Part shown: one piece after another, positions 52,836 through 64,000 of the stretch
How the letters are laid out: every line of letters starts with the position of its first letter
Numbering within the stretch: the stretch's first letter is position 1
NCBI GenBank assembly: GCA_951406725.2
Contig: OX597815.1
Location: forward strand, 52,762,001 to 52,826,000
Reading direction: 5' to 3'
DNA: 64,000 nt
From: Octopus vulgaris
Lineage: Eukaryota
Translations under genes and position numbers: made by a program
Notes under the pieces: generated by a model
Told to the model about the DNA's origin: nothing
Database searches by the model: none
What the model saw: only the letters and a program-made list of their open reading frames with translations

Positions 52836-54128
52836 TCAGCCATTTAATTTGGGGGAGAACTTAGCTATGAAATGTTTTTCCATATTCCTCCTGAAGGGGG
52901 TGTCATTCTTCGGACACTTGTAGAAGGGAAATATCTTAAATTTTCCTTCTCCACATGTAGCTAGGTGTGTGCTTAGTGGTATTTTGCGTAGTTCTTCCTG
53001 CCGAATATGTTGTCGGTGGATCCTGGCTCGCTGGCACAAAGAATTACCAGTTTCTCCTACGTAATTCTCCTTGCATGTGGGGCAGGTTATGCAGTATATG
53101 ACGTTCTGCGTCTTGCAGTTCATATCTGCATTTACTTTGAATATGACACCATTTTTAAATCTTATCTCTCTGTTGCTCTCTATGTATTTGTAGGTGGGGT
53201 TGCTGCAGGTCCCACATCTACCATCTCCGCACTCTTTTGCAAAGAATTCCGTTTTAGTTTCTGAAGAGAATTTCGCTCTTGTTAGGTGTTTTTTTAGGTT
53301 TTTGTCCTGTCGTCTACTGTTTTTTATGCTATATTTGTTTAATATGTTTTTCATTTTGGGGCTCTGTAAGGCTATTGGTAGGTTTGAATGTATGGTTTGG
53401 AAGATGTTGGTAACTCCAGGGTTGTGTGTGTTTATAAAAGGGATAGTGTTTTCTTTGTTTTTTGTTTTGGGTGTCCTGAGTTGTGTGATGTCTAGTTTTA
53501 ATGCTCTTGTGATTCCATTTTCTATTAGTTTAAGGGGGTATTTTTGCTCTAGGAGGAAGCTTTTGAGTTCATCTAGTCTTATTAATCGTATTTGTGAATC
53601 AGTTACTATGCTACATATTCGTCGTGCCATACTATATGGGATGTTTCTTTTTGTGTGGGATGGGTGGCAGGAGTGGAAATTTAAGTATTGATGTGTGTCA
53701 GTTTTTTTGTAGTGGATGTCTGTTGTGACGATGGAGTTGTGTATTTTGATGTTGATGTCTAGGAAGGGAAGTTCGTTGTGGCTGGTATCTATTGTGAAAT
53801 TGATAGATGGGTGCAGCGTATTGAGGATGTTGTGGAATGTTTGTAGGTCCTCTTCTGATCTGTTCCAAAAGATGAAACAGTCATCGAGGTAGCGTTTCCA
53901 CTTTTTCTTGATGTCTTCTCTGAAGTCGTGTTCGAAGACTTTCCCTATTTCGTCATATAGTTTTTTCTCCAGGAAGCCCATCACTAGGTTGGCATATGAA
54001 GGTGCGAATTTTGTACCCATAGCCGTGCCTTTTATCTGTCGGTATGTCTTGTTGTTGAATGAGAATGTGTTTTCTTCTAGTATTAGTTGGGTGGCTTGGG
54101 TGATAAAGTTTTGTCTTGAAGCGTTCAT
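52836..54128 (-). CDS. PLE RT C-terminal half, thumb and GIY-YIG endonuclease
   Basis: Motifs QIKGTAMGTKFAPSYANL, WKRYLDDCF, LPFLDI, CGDGRCGTC, VIYCITCPTCKENYVGETG and PKLNG. It joins the upstream ORF by a single-base indel at ~54110. Confidence 0.93.
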   Translation of the reverse strand: MNASRQNFITQATQLILEENTFSFNNKTYRQIKGTAMGTKFAPSYANLVMGFLEKKLYDEIGKVFEHDFREDIKKKWKRYLDDCFIFWNRSEEDLQTFHNILNTLHPSINFTIDTSHNELPFLDINIKIHNSIVTTDIHYKKTDTHQYLNFHSCHPSHTKRNIPYSMARRICSIVTDSQIRLIRLDELKSFLLEQKYPLKLIENGITRALKLDITQLRTPKTKNKENTIPFINTHNPGVTNIFQTIHSNLPIALQSPKMKNILNKYSIKNSRRQDKNLKKHLTRAKFSSETKTEFFAKECGDGRCGTCSNPTYKYIESNREIRFKNGVIFKVNADMNCKTQNVIYCITCPTCKENYVGETGNSLCQRARIHRQHIRQEELRKIPLSTHLATCGEGKFKIFPFYKCPKNDTPFRRNMEKHFIAKFSPKLNG

Positions 54129-55145
54129 CTATAAGTTCTCTGTATTTTTCTATTGATTGTTTTATAGCTTCTAGACCTAGGGTGTGTGGTATGTTTGTGT
54201 ATAGATTTGTGACATCAAAGCTTGCAAGTATGGTGTTTTTCGGGACTGTATTTGGAATGTGTGTGAGGAAGTCTATGTCATCCCTTATGTAGCTTGGAAT
54301 CTGTGGGCATAGAGGTTTGAGGAGTATATCTATGAAGTGGCTTAGTTGTTGTGTTGGTGCCTGGGGTCCTGCCACTATTGGTCTCATCGTGAGGTCTGCA
54401 GGTCTTTGTACTCTTATGTAGTGGTTCCTCTGTTCCTTTATGGCTCTCTGTATTTCCGAGCTTTTATGAATTTTAGGTAATCCATAAAAGTTGCTTTCTT
54501 TGGTTTGTGAGTTGCATAGATAATCTTCCTCCTTATCTGTAAAGGAGTCCTGATATTCATTGACTAAAGTTCTAATTTTTCTTATTGTTGTTTTCTCCGG
54601 TGGTGTTGGTTCCTCTTTGTAATATGTCTGGTTGTTCAGTAACTCTAGTATCTTTTCTTTGTAGTAATCTGTGTCCATAATTACTATTGCTCCACCTTTG
54701 TCAGCTTCTTTTATAACGATTGATTTGTCATTTTTCAGTTTTTGTAGGGCTTGCTTTTCTTCTCTGCGGAGATTCTGTTTGCATTTGTGTGTGTGAAGAG
54801 GGAATTTGGATATTGTTTCTATGTACGTGTCAAGGTGTTTGTCACTTCCCTTGTAAGGGGTGAAGTGGGATTTTTTTCTTATGATTGAGTTATCTTCTGT
54901 TTCTTTATTTTCAAAGAATTCCATAAGGCGGAGGTAGCGGCTGAAGTTATCTATGTCAGTTTTTAGTTCTATGAGGTTTGGAGTGGGTGTAGGTGTAAAT
55001 TTGAGGCCTTTTAGTAGTAGGTTCATTTCATATTCGTCAAGTTCTCTTTTAGATAAGTTTATTATTTTGGGGTCTATGTGTTTTGGGAGTTCATCCGGAA
55101 TTTTTGGTGTATTGGGTCTGGAGTATGGTTGAAGTATCCTCTCCC
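53953..55145 (-). CDS. PLE RT N-terminal half
   Basis: Motifs IINLS..LLLKGLKFTPTP, IVIKEADKGGAIVIMD, FYGLPKIHK, MRPIVAG and LASFDVTNLYTNIPH. The frame stays open upstream of the annotated ATG (55026) to the slippery site. Confidence 0.93.
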
Positions 55146-55810
55146 TAAAAAATGGGTTGTGTTGTTACGTCTCCAAATTCCATTTTCAGTTCTTAGGTTT
55201 TCTTGTAGTTGGGGTGGTCTGTGTGGTCTGTATGTGTTGTTTTGTCTTTGGTAGTTGTTTTCTTCCCATCTTCTGTGTTGGTTGAGCCAATATTTATTAC
55301 TGGGGTTCAGGTTTCTTTGTGGGTAGGTGGATGGTTCATGTATTGTGTTTGTATTGTATTGATAGTGGGAGTTGTTTTTTATCCATCTTGGAAATTTGTG
55401 GGGTTGCATGGGGTTGGTGTTTGTGTGGTTTCGATTTCCTTGATGTTTGTTGTGGGTTATGTGTTGGTTTCTATCCATTTGTATATTGTTCCATGTGTGT
55501 GTCCCTTTAGGGTGTCCAGTGTTATGTGTTGGTGGTTGTTCATATTCTATTTGTTCTCTCCAAGTGTTATAGGTTGTTGGTTGTATGTATTGTGCTCGTC
55601 TTGCTGTTGGTGTGTTTGTTTTTGTGGGGTTTTGGGTTGATGGTTGTCTTTCATATTTTGTGTATCTGTTAATTGGGGGTTCGGCAGTGTAAGGAGCGGG
55701 ATTTTGGTTTGTGTTTGGTAGGGCTTATTTTGATGTCTGGGAGTCCAGTATGTTTGTGGTGTTAGTTTGTTGTATCTATTCATTTGTTTTGGTAGTTTTT
55801 TTGTCTTCAT
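55074..55810 (-). CDS. Upstream ORF1-like low-complexity (N/Q/T/H/P-rich) region of the PLE, 5'-truncated, in two overlapping frames
   Basis: The frame of ORF 55074..55478 is open back to ~55724 and overlaps ORF 55547..55810. It reads ..NNTTHFLG at the slippery site. Confidence 0.55.
55146..55152 (-). promoter_or_regulatory. Candidate -1 programmed ribosomal frameshift heptamer U UUU UUA
   Basis: The minus strand reads caT TTT TTA GGG in the ORF1 frame. The -1 frame (AGG GAG AGG ATA...) is the RT frame. Confidence 0.6.
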
Positions 55811-55837
55811 AATTGATTCTTCACCATAGTTCTTTTC

Positions 55838-56606
<769 letters not shown>

Positions 56607-57349
56607 TTACTTTGTAACAATTATAATTTTTCCATTTTGGTAAAACATTGCAGACTGCTGTCTTAATTTTCTCTATACACATTAGCTATTTACTAAATCA
56701 TCTATAAACTTTTACGGTGAAAACATATATGCTAGCGGAAAATTAAACTCGGAATCTGCCGAAGTCAAGCCAGTTTTTTTCTGATGGGTCACCGGAAATT
56801 GCCGAAACTGACCGGTTAGTAGAGGGAATTTTTGATCGGTGTTTTCAGGCGATTGTAGTCCCCATCAGTGTATATGTGTACAATTTTGTTCTTTGATTAC
56901 AGTATTAGAGCATTTTGGTTGTGTGCATAGCACCGATGTCTTGCAAACAACTTGCACATGCAAGTGCTACCAGTTAAAAGCTCCGTATACCGGAAGCTAG
57001 CAAGTGTATGGGGTCGTCAATCATATCACAACTTGATTTTCAAATATTTTGCGACATTTAAACAGTGCTTTAAATGATAGGTATAATAAATTACTTTTTC
57101 ACACCACATACAAATACATATTATGGAAATTAGTGTAGTCATTGCAGTTAAATTCTAGTTTGTGTTTGATTTAGAAAGCAATTTGCTATAATTTGATGAG
57201 TGGTCAGAAAGAAACTAAGCATGTTAAGACAATGTTCTCTATTTTACTGTGCGTATGCATATGTGAGCAAGAGTGTATGTGTGTCTGAGTACGAAAGAGA
57301 AAGGAAAATATTCAATATACTCAAAGCTAAAAGAAGAGTGGTATAATTA

Positions 57350-57487
57350 ATTCTTTTCTACTCTAGGCACAAGGCCCGAAAATGTTGGGGATGGGCCAGA
57401 CGATTAGATCAATCCCAGTACGCAACTGGTACTTAATTTATCGACCCCGAATGCATGAAAGGCAAAGTCGACCTTGACGGGATTTAA
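57350..57487 (-). mobile_element. 5'-truncated SINE family A with TSD
   Basis: Flanked by aagagtggtataatt / aagagtgctataatt. Confidence 0.85.
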
Positions 57488-57727
57488 AAGAGTGCTATAA
57501 TTTATTGGAAATCGATCATGGAATGATTATGAAAAATGGAACATGAAATTAGATATATAATAAACATATAAAGAAAGCGATAGAGACATGAAACAACGAT
57601 TGAATCTCTAATAATGATTGTTTGAAAAAATAACCCAATAGTATGGTCTAAAAATACTTTGTGTGTGTTGAAGTCATAAAGTATATAAAATGATATATTA
57701 TGTTGATGTGTGTGTGTGCTTATCCAT

Positions 57728-57870
<143 letters not shown>

Positions 57871-57874
57871 TATA

Positions 57875-59539
57875 TGGTGAGTATTTACAAAAAAAAAAAC
57901 AAAAGACGAAGACGGGGTGTAAACAACAAACAGATGTATTAGTTTAACGCTCGGGAAGTGATGAAAAAGTCTTTTACGTTTCGTGCCTGCGCTCTTCGAC
58001 AGAAAGGAACACCGAAATTAACAGAGAGAGAAAATAGAAAAAGGTTTAGTGGCTAGCGATCTATTATGGCGAATACCGGACAGAGGGCCCACACAGGAGA
58101 GCTAGGAAGAAAGGGAGATAATAAAGTAGTGATGATCCCAAAACGAAGGTGCGCGTGCGTGTGTGAGAGCGTGTATATACATGTTGACGTGTGCGTGTGT
58201 GGTGTAGGATGAGAGTGTAGCTGCTGCGAAATGGTCAGTGCTAGTGTGCGCGAGGTAGTGTGATGTGGTTTGGTATGGTGGTGTGTGGTGTGGTATGGTA
58301 GTGTGTGATGTGGTGGAGTGGCGTGGTGGTGTGTAGTCTGGTGGTGTTGGGGTGTGGGGGAGGCGAGAGTAGGGGAGGCGAGAGTGGGGGAAGCAAGTGT
58401 GAGTGTAAAGGTTGGGGTGGAGGTAGGATGAGATGTATAGGGATGGTGGGATTGGAATGTGTAGGGTTGGGCAACGAGGGAGGGTGACGATGAAGGAGTG
58501 GGTGGAATGGAGAAGGTGGGTAGGAGTGAAAGAGGAAGTAGGTGCTAGAGTAAGAGAAGAGAGTTGGGTGGGAGGAAGTAGGTGTGAGAGGAAGAGAGGA
58601 GAAAGGAGGAGGGTTAGATGAAGAGGAGGGTTGAGCCCATGTGGCGCAAAGAGCGAAGAGAGAAAATAAATCCCTGGTCATGGCGAAGACGTGAGTCCGG
58701 ATGGGCCCTGTGAAAGGACAGTCCGAACACAGACTGGTGTTGTAAAGAGTGATGAGGGTGGTGTTGGAGAGGTAAGGGCAAGTGCGACACGTGGGCGGGA
58801 ACAAGGGAACGAGCCGAGTTGGGAAGTTGGGTTAGGGAAGAAGCTGTGGACCAAGAGGTTTTGTAGGTTGTGGGCTCGTTTGAAGGAGGAAGTGTCGGTT
58901 AGGGAAGATGAGCGAAGTGGGGGGTCGGACTGGAGTTACCGGAAGGTTCGGAGAATAGTGCGTTAGAGAGGTAGGGTGGTGGGATGATAGGTGAGGGGAA
59001 ACGGGAGACGGGTGACGGCGGGGCGGGTGCGGGGGGAGAGAGCAGATGCACGGTCCACGAAAGTGCGGTGTGGATAGTGATGAGGGAATATCCACGTACG
59101 AAGTGGCGAGCCATGAGTTCAGACTGAATCTCAAAGTCATGGTCGTCAGTGCAGAGCCTGCGCAGACTGAGGAATTGGGAATAGGGGATGGAGAGCTTGG
59201 TGTGTTTAGGGTGGGAGGAGGAGAAAGTGAGATATGATTGTGAGTCTGTATTTGTAGTGAATGGAGATGGTGAGAGTGGAGTGATGAATGCTGAGCGAAA
59301 TATCGAGAAACGCGACTGAGGTGTCGGAAATAGTGCAGGAGAAGTGGAGGGCAGGATGGAAAGATTTGACAGAAGAGAGGAAAGAGTCTAGATGTTCGCG
59401 AGAGAGTGAGGTCGCACCGATATAGTCGTCAATATAACGACCGTATAGTTTAGGAGCGGGACCAGTGAAATTTGGGAATAGTTGGACCTCAACGTAGCCA
59501 ACGAACAGGTTCGCATAGTTGGGGCCCATTCTCGTTCCC
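57875..59539 (-). mobile_element. 5'-truncated, internally decayed Penelope-like element
   Basis: [47 protein letters not shown] at 59250-59539, CRTCPY at ~58770-58790, and a 3' pLTR with an HHR. Confidence 0.9.
57971..58006 (-). ncRNA. Minimal hammerhead ribozyme, CUGUCGA variant
   Basis: Minus strand: cttt CTGTCGA a-gagc-gcag-gcac GAAA CG TA aaag. Confidence 0.7.
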
Positions 59540-59591
59540 ATACATACATTCATACATACATGCATACATACATTCATACATACATATATAC

Positions 59592-59651
<60 letters not shown>

Positions 59652-59782
59652 GCCCACACATTTGTCTATATATATTTATATAATATATATAGAAACAAAT
59701 GTGTGGGCGTATATATATATACATATATATGTATGTATGTATGTATGTATCTGTCTGTATTCATGTATATATGCATGCATAC

Positions 59783-59863
<81 letters not shown>

Positions 59864-59866
<3 letters not shown>

Positions 59867-60163
59867 AGGCGCAATGGCCCAGTGGTTAGGGCAGCGGACT
59901 CGCGGTCGTAGGATCGCGGTTTCGATTCCTAGGCCGGGCGTTGTGAGTGTTTATTGAGCGAAAACTCCTAAAAAGCTCCACGAGGCTCCGGCAGGGGGTG
60001 GTGATCCCTGCTGTACTCTTTCACTACACTTTCTCTCACTCTTTCTTTTGTTGGCCTGCTCGCTTAGCCAGCGGGGTGGCGTCATTCCAAGGCTAAAACA
60101 ATGCGAACGCATTGTGACCAGCGATGTGTAACAACATCTGATGGTCTGGTCGGTCACGTGATT

Positions 60164-60168
<5 letters not shown>
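59864..60168 (+). mobile_element. SINE family C
   Basis: tggcccagtggttaggg (A box) and ggtttcgattcc (B box). The head is shared with 31317-31613. Confidence 0.9.
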
Positions 60169-60210
<42 letters not shown>

Positions 60211-60213
<3 letters not shown>

Positions 60214-60477
60214 CGCAAGTGTGGCTGTGTTGTAAGAAGCTTCCTTCCCAACCACATGGTTCCGGATTCAATCCCACTGCATGGCATCTTGGGAAAGTGT
60301 CTTCTACTATAGTCTCGGCCCGACCAAAGCTTTGTGAGTGGATTTGGTAGAGAGAAACTGAAGGAAGCCCGTCGTGTATTGTATATCTTTGCCTGGGCTA
60401 AAGAGTCACATTCGATCACAGCAGCAGTAACAGTTAAGCTTCGTGCAATGGCCATACTCGATAACGAGAGGGCAGCC

Positions 60478-60525
<48 letters not shown>

Positions 60526-60850
60526 ATTCATAAATAAGGAAAAAACGAAAAAATTTCTAATGCCAAATATGCCGAAATATTGGACATATTGTCCATTAAC
60601 CATATAATGTTTTCACAATACGCACGATACTCGAAAAAAGGTCGACAGAAATTTCACGGTTAGCTCATAACAGACCTCCCTTCGTCAGTGATACATATGA
60701 CAAAAGAAATAAATGAGATACTTACTCATACCCATGGAAGAAGCAAATACTAAGTCAAGAGCACAATTAAGTACCCCAAATAGATCCAAAATAGAAATAC
60801 TCCAGTCCATTCGAGACACGTGCGATTTGAACTGAGGCCCTCACAGAGTG

Positions 60851-60883
<33 letters not shown>

Positions 60884-61140
60884 TGTATGTATGTATGTAT
60901 GTATGTATGTATGTATGTGTGCATGTATGTGTTTGTGGGTCTGATTTTTTCTCCACCATCACTTCACAACCGATGTTGGTTTGTTTACAACCCCGTAACT
61001 TAGCTGTTCAGCAAATTATACCGATAGAATAAGTACTAGGCTTACAAAGAATAAGTCCTGAAGTCGATTTGGTCGACTAAAAGTGGTGCTCCAGCATGGC
61101 TGCAGTCAAATGATTGAAAAAAGTAAAAGAATAAAAATAA
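60211..61140 (+). mobile_element. SINE family B split by insertions (head 60211-60376, tail ~60930-61140)
   Basis: Both halves are collinear with 24454-24796 around the internal microsatellite. Confidence 0.75.
60520..60851 (-). mobile_element. pLTR fragment of the 50915-51420 family; HHR 3' part deleted
   Basis: Reverse-complement similarity to 50953-51315. CTGACGA is retained at ~60682-60688. Confidence 0.8.
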
Positions 61141-61157
61141 AAGTATATCTATCTATA

Positions 61158-61243
<86 letters not shown>

Positions 61244-61244
61244 G

Positions 61245-61440
61245 TCAATTCAAAGAACAAACAATTAACAAACAAAGAAGAAAAGAAAAACACGTAGGTG
61301 AGGACGTGCACAAGCAATATATTAATTTGACTCTCGATGAAAGGAGAGACCTGTTATTGTTTCGAGCATAGCTCTTCGTCGGAAAAAGGAAAGTCGAAAG
61401 AAAAAGAAGGAAAAATCAAGAGAAGTCGCCCAAAATCCAC
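61245..61440 (-). mobile_element. Solo pLTR fragment with degenerate CCGACGA hammerhead
   Basis: Minus strand: CCGACGA agagc-tat-gctc GAAA. Related to 50652-50855. Confidence 0.6.
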
Positions 61441-61506
61441 ACACACACACACACACACACACTAGCGTCGCACACGCACTTACAAAACACAAACACTCAC
61501 TCACAG

Positions 61507-61708
61507 ACGAAGAGGTGCTGAAAAGTTTCTGGTTTTGGGTAAAAGAAAATAGTAATAATGATTTTATTTAACCTATTCCTTTCTCAGATTCGTACGCTTA
61601 TTGCAGCGGTCCTCTCGGTTTTTCTATAAAAGAACTCGGAAGGTTAAACCTCCAGCCAGGCCTTTCGCGAGACCCTTAAAGCCAGGAAGTTTTCAGCACA
61701 CCCTCATA
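61507..61708. mobile_element. mariner-derived MITE
   Basis: TIRs acgaagaggtgctgaaaagtttctggtttt / aaagccaggaagttttcagcacaccctcata. Confidence 0.7.
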
Positions 61709-61824
61709 TACATATATACACGTATATAGATATATCTATAAAACAAAACAAGACTATAAATACATAGGCACAAAAGTGTAGTTTAATACACATACACACA
61801 TTCGCGTACACATGTATCTGTGTT

Positions 61825-61862
<38 letters not shown>

Positions 61863-62669
61863 CACACACACTTACGTACACACTCTCACCCACAGATGCA
61901 CACTCATATAATTGCACATATACACGTACAACCTTATGTAAGCGGTGTATATAAATTATTTTTATTACCCAAGTAGTTTTATGTATTGTCTCATAATAAT
62001 AAGGCCTTTCGTTGACAATTTATTTTATTACAATGATTACTGCCTTCTCCGACTATTTACTCACAGCACGTGCCTCATATATATGTACACACACAGACAC
62101 ACACACATGAATGCTTGTATGTATAAATATATATAAATATAGAGGAAGGGAGTGTGCGGCAAAGATGCAGAGAACGCATCGGCTTAGTCAGGCTGTTTTA
62201 TCATAGAAACACTGCATGCAGGCAGACATTGTCCTCATTACCCAATAGATAAAAGGGCCTCATTCACATACGTAATGAGGAACAAACGTACGCTAAACAC
62301 ACTCAGTGAAGTAGTTCGGGTTACACACGTATTGTAGACCTAACATCAATGTCAGGTTGTCTTTTATACCAATGAGGTAGAACGCCCATTTAGTAATGGT
62401 AAAAAGAAACAAGCATTGTTGCAAGATGTAGTTACCTCGTCCCCGCCTCTTTTTTTTTTTACTTTCTTTTGTTCTCAGTTACATTCATTTGCTAGTAAAT
62501 ATTTCTTTCTTTCTCTCTCTCCCCCTCTCTCTTTCTCTTTCTTTCCTTCCTCCCCCTCTTACTCCGCCTCTTTCTACCTCATTCTGTCATTTGAATAAAA
62601 CTATTTTTATTTATTTGTATTTACATGTTCCACTTTATTCAGTATTTGTATTTTATTAATGACGAGCGA

Positions 62670-63460
62670 AAGGTGGCGAGTTAGCAGAATTTTCAGAACA
62701 TTGGGAAAAAACGTTTTGGGGTATTTATTGCCACCATTTACGTTCTGAGTTCAAATTCTGCCGAGGTCGATATAACCTTCCATCATTTCGTGATCGATAA
62801 AATATAAGTTAAGTACTGGGGTCAATGTAATCGACTAACCCACTTCTTTCAACATTACTGGTCTTGCGCCATAATTAGAAAGAATTAATGGCGGTGCATA
62901 GCAGAATCGGTAGAGCGATGGACATTATGTAATGAAATATTTAATTGCAGTATTTGACGTTCCGAATTCGAATCTAACTGTGGTCGGCATTTACTGGCTT
63001 TGTTTGACTTATCTCCATCCTTCTGTGGTCGGTTAAACAAAAACTATTAAGGTCATTATAATCAACAATTCCAAGACGGTGAGCTGCAGAATAAGCGGAT
63101 TTTCATCCATCTTTACGTTCTGAGTTCAAATTTCCTCAAGGTTGACTTTGCCTATTATCTTATCGGGGTCGATGAAATGAGTACCAGTAGTACCAGTTAA
63201 ATACTGGAATCGATGCAATCGCCTTACCCGGCTCCTGAAATTGCTGGCCTTGTGCCAAAATATGAAACCAATATAATCAACAGTTCCTTCAAATGCGTGA
63301 CATTCTTTTTACGTTAGAAACCATTATTTATTAGTTAGGGAAGGTGGTGATCTGGCAGAATCGTTAGCACGCCGGACAAAATACTTAGTGGGGTCGAAGT
63401 AATTGACTTTTCCCTTCCCCCAAAAATTGTTGACCTTTTGCCAAAACTTTAAACCAATAT
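62670..63460 (+). mobile_element. Head-to-tail cluster of about four SINE family A copies
   Basis: Heads at ~62670, ~62889, ~63073 and ~63341. Confidence 0.8.
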
Positions 63461-64000
63461 TATTGACTGTTTCCTCTCTTTTTTCTGACCTAAGAAATCA
63501 TTATTTATTTCTTTATTGATGAAGGCAATGACAAAATCGAAAGAGCTACACCGAACGATTTTTTCCACTTACATATATTTACGCATTCTGATTGCAAATT
63601 TTAAACAGTCTCTATCTACCACCTACCATTCTCAAGGCATTTTCAAGCCAAATCTATGGCAGAAAACTCTTGCCCCAAATGGCGCGTTAATGGTGTCAAA
63701 GCTGGAGCGACATAGTTGCAAAGCAAAATTCTTAATACTAAAGCCTTGCCTAATCTATCCACTAGAGTCGAAAAAGCACCAGTCGACTAAAAAAATACAT
63801 TTACTATATTGTCTTTCCTTACAATGGTTATGTAATAAGAAATAAGGTAGTAGGACTTAAAAAAATAGCGACCAGTATAAAATAAACACTTTTCACTTAC
63901 TTATCTGTGTGTTCAACCCCCACTGCGGATCAGCCTTGCTCTTCAACTGACTATACCTATTCCATTGATGGTTTGGGGGCCATTAGAAACCAACAACTTA

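Noticed and set aside
54100-54125. Programmed frameshift between the two RT ORFs
   Set aside because: It would need a +1 shift in the middle of the RT core. A homopolymer indel is the simpler explanation.
53007-54156. Plus-strand ORFs 53007-53264, 53194-53691 and 53908-54156
   Set aside because: They are antisense shadows of the PLE ORF.
56778-56822. CTGATGG..GAAA ctgaccgg TT
   Set aside because: The core and stems are too degenerate to call.
59864-59940. tRNA genes at the SINE heads (also 31540-31613 and 38312-38385)
   Set aside because: A and B boxes are present, but there is no complete cloverleaf and each continues into a SINE body.

Overview
This is an AT-rich, microsatellite-dense eukaryotic window with no recognisable host gene; the repeat content points to an octopus/coleoid cephalopod genome (inference). 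Almost all short ORFs in the track are microsatellite artefacts. The window is a nest of mobile DNA. It holds several Penelope-like retroelements (PLEs, RT + GIY-YIG), including a near-intact copy at 51798-56464 with inverted pseudo-LTRs and an in-frame U-UUU-UUA -1 slippery site. It also holds Tc1, DD37E/TRT-like, mariner, pogo and hAT DNA-transposon remnants, and three tRNA-derived SINE families. The unifying signal, read directly from the sequence, is about 14 minimal type-I hammerhead ribozyme (HHR) motifs. They have family-specific palindromic stem III sequences and non-canonical cores, including C3-G8, U3-A8 and A3-U8 covariation. One sits in a non-coding ~360-bp tandem-plus-inverted unit (23411-24365) that looks like a retrozyme/circular-RNA-derived insertion. 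All coordinates and folds were read by eye, so boundaries are approximate and no ribozyme activity is demonstrated.
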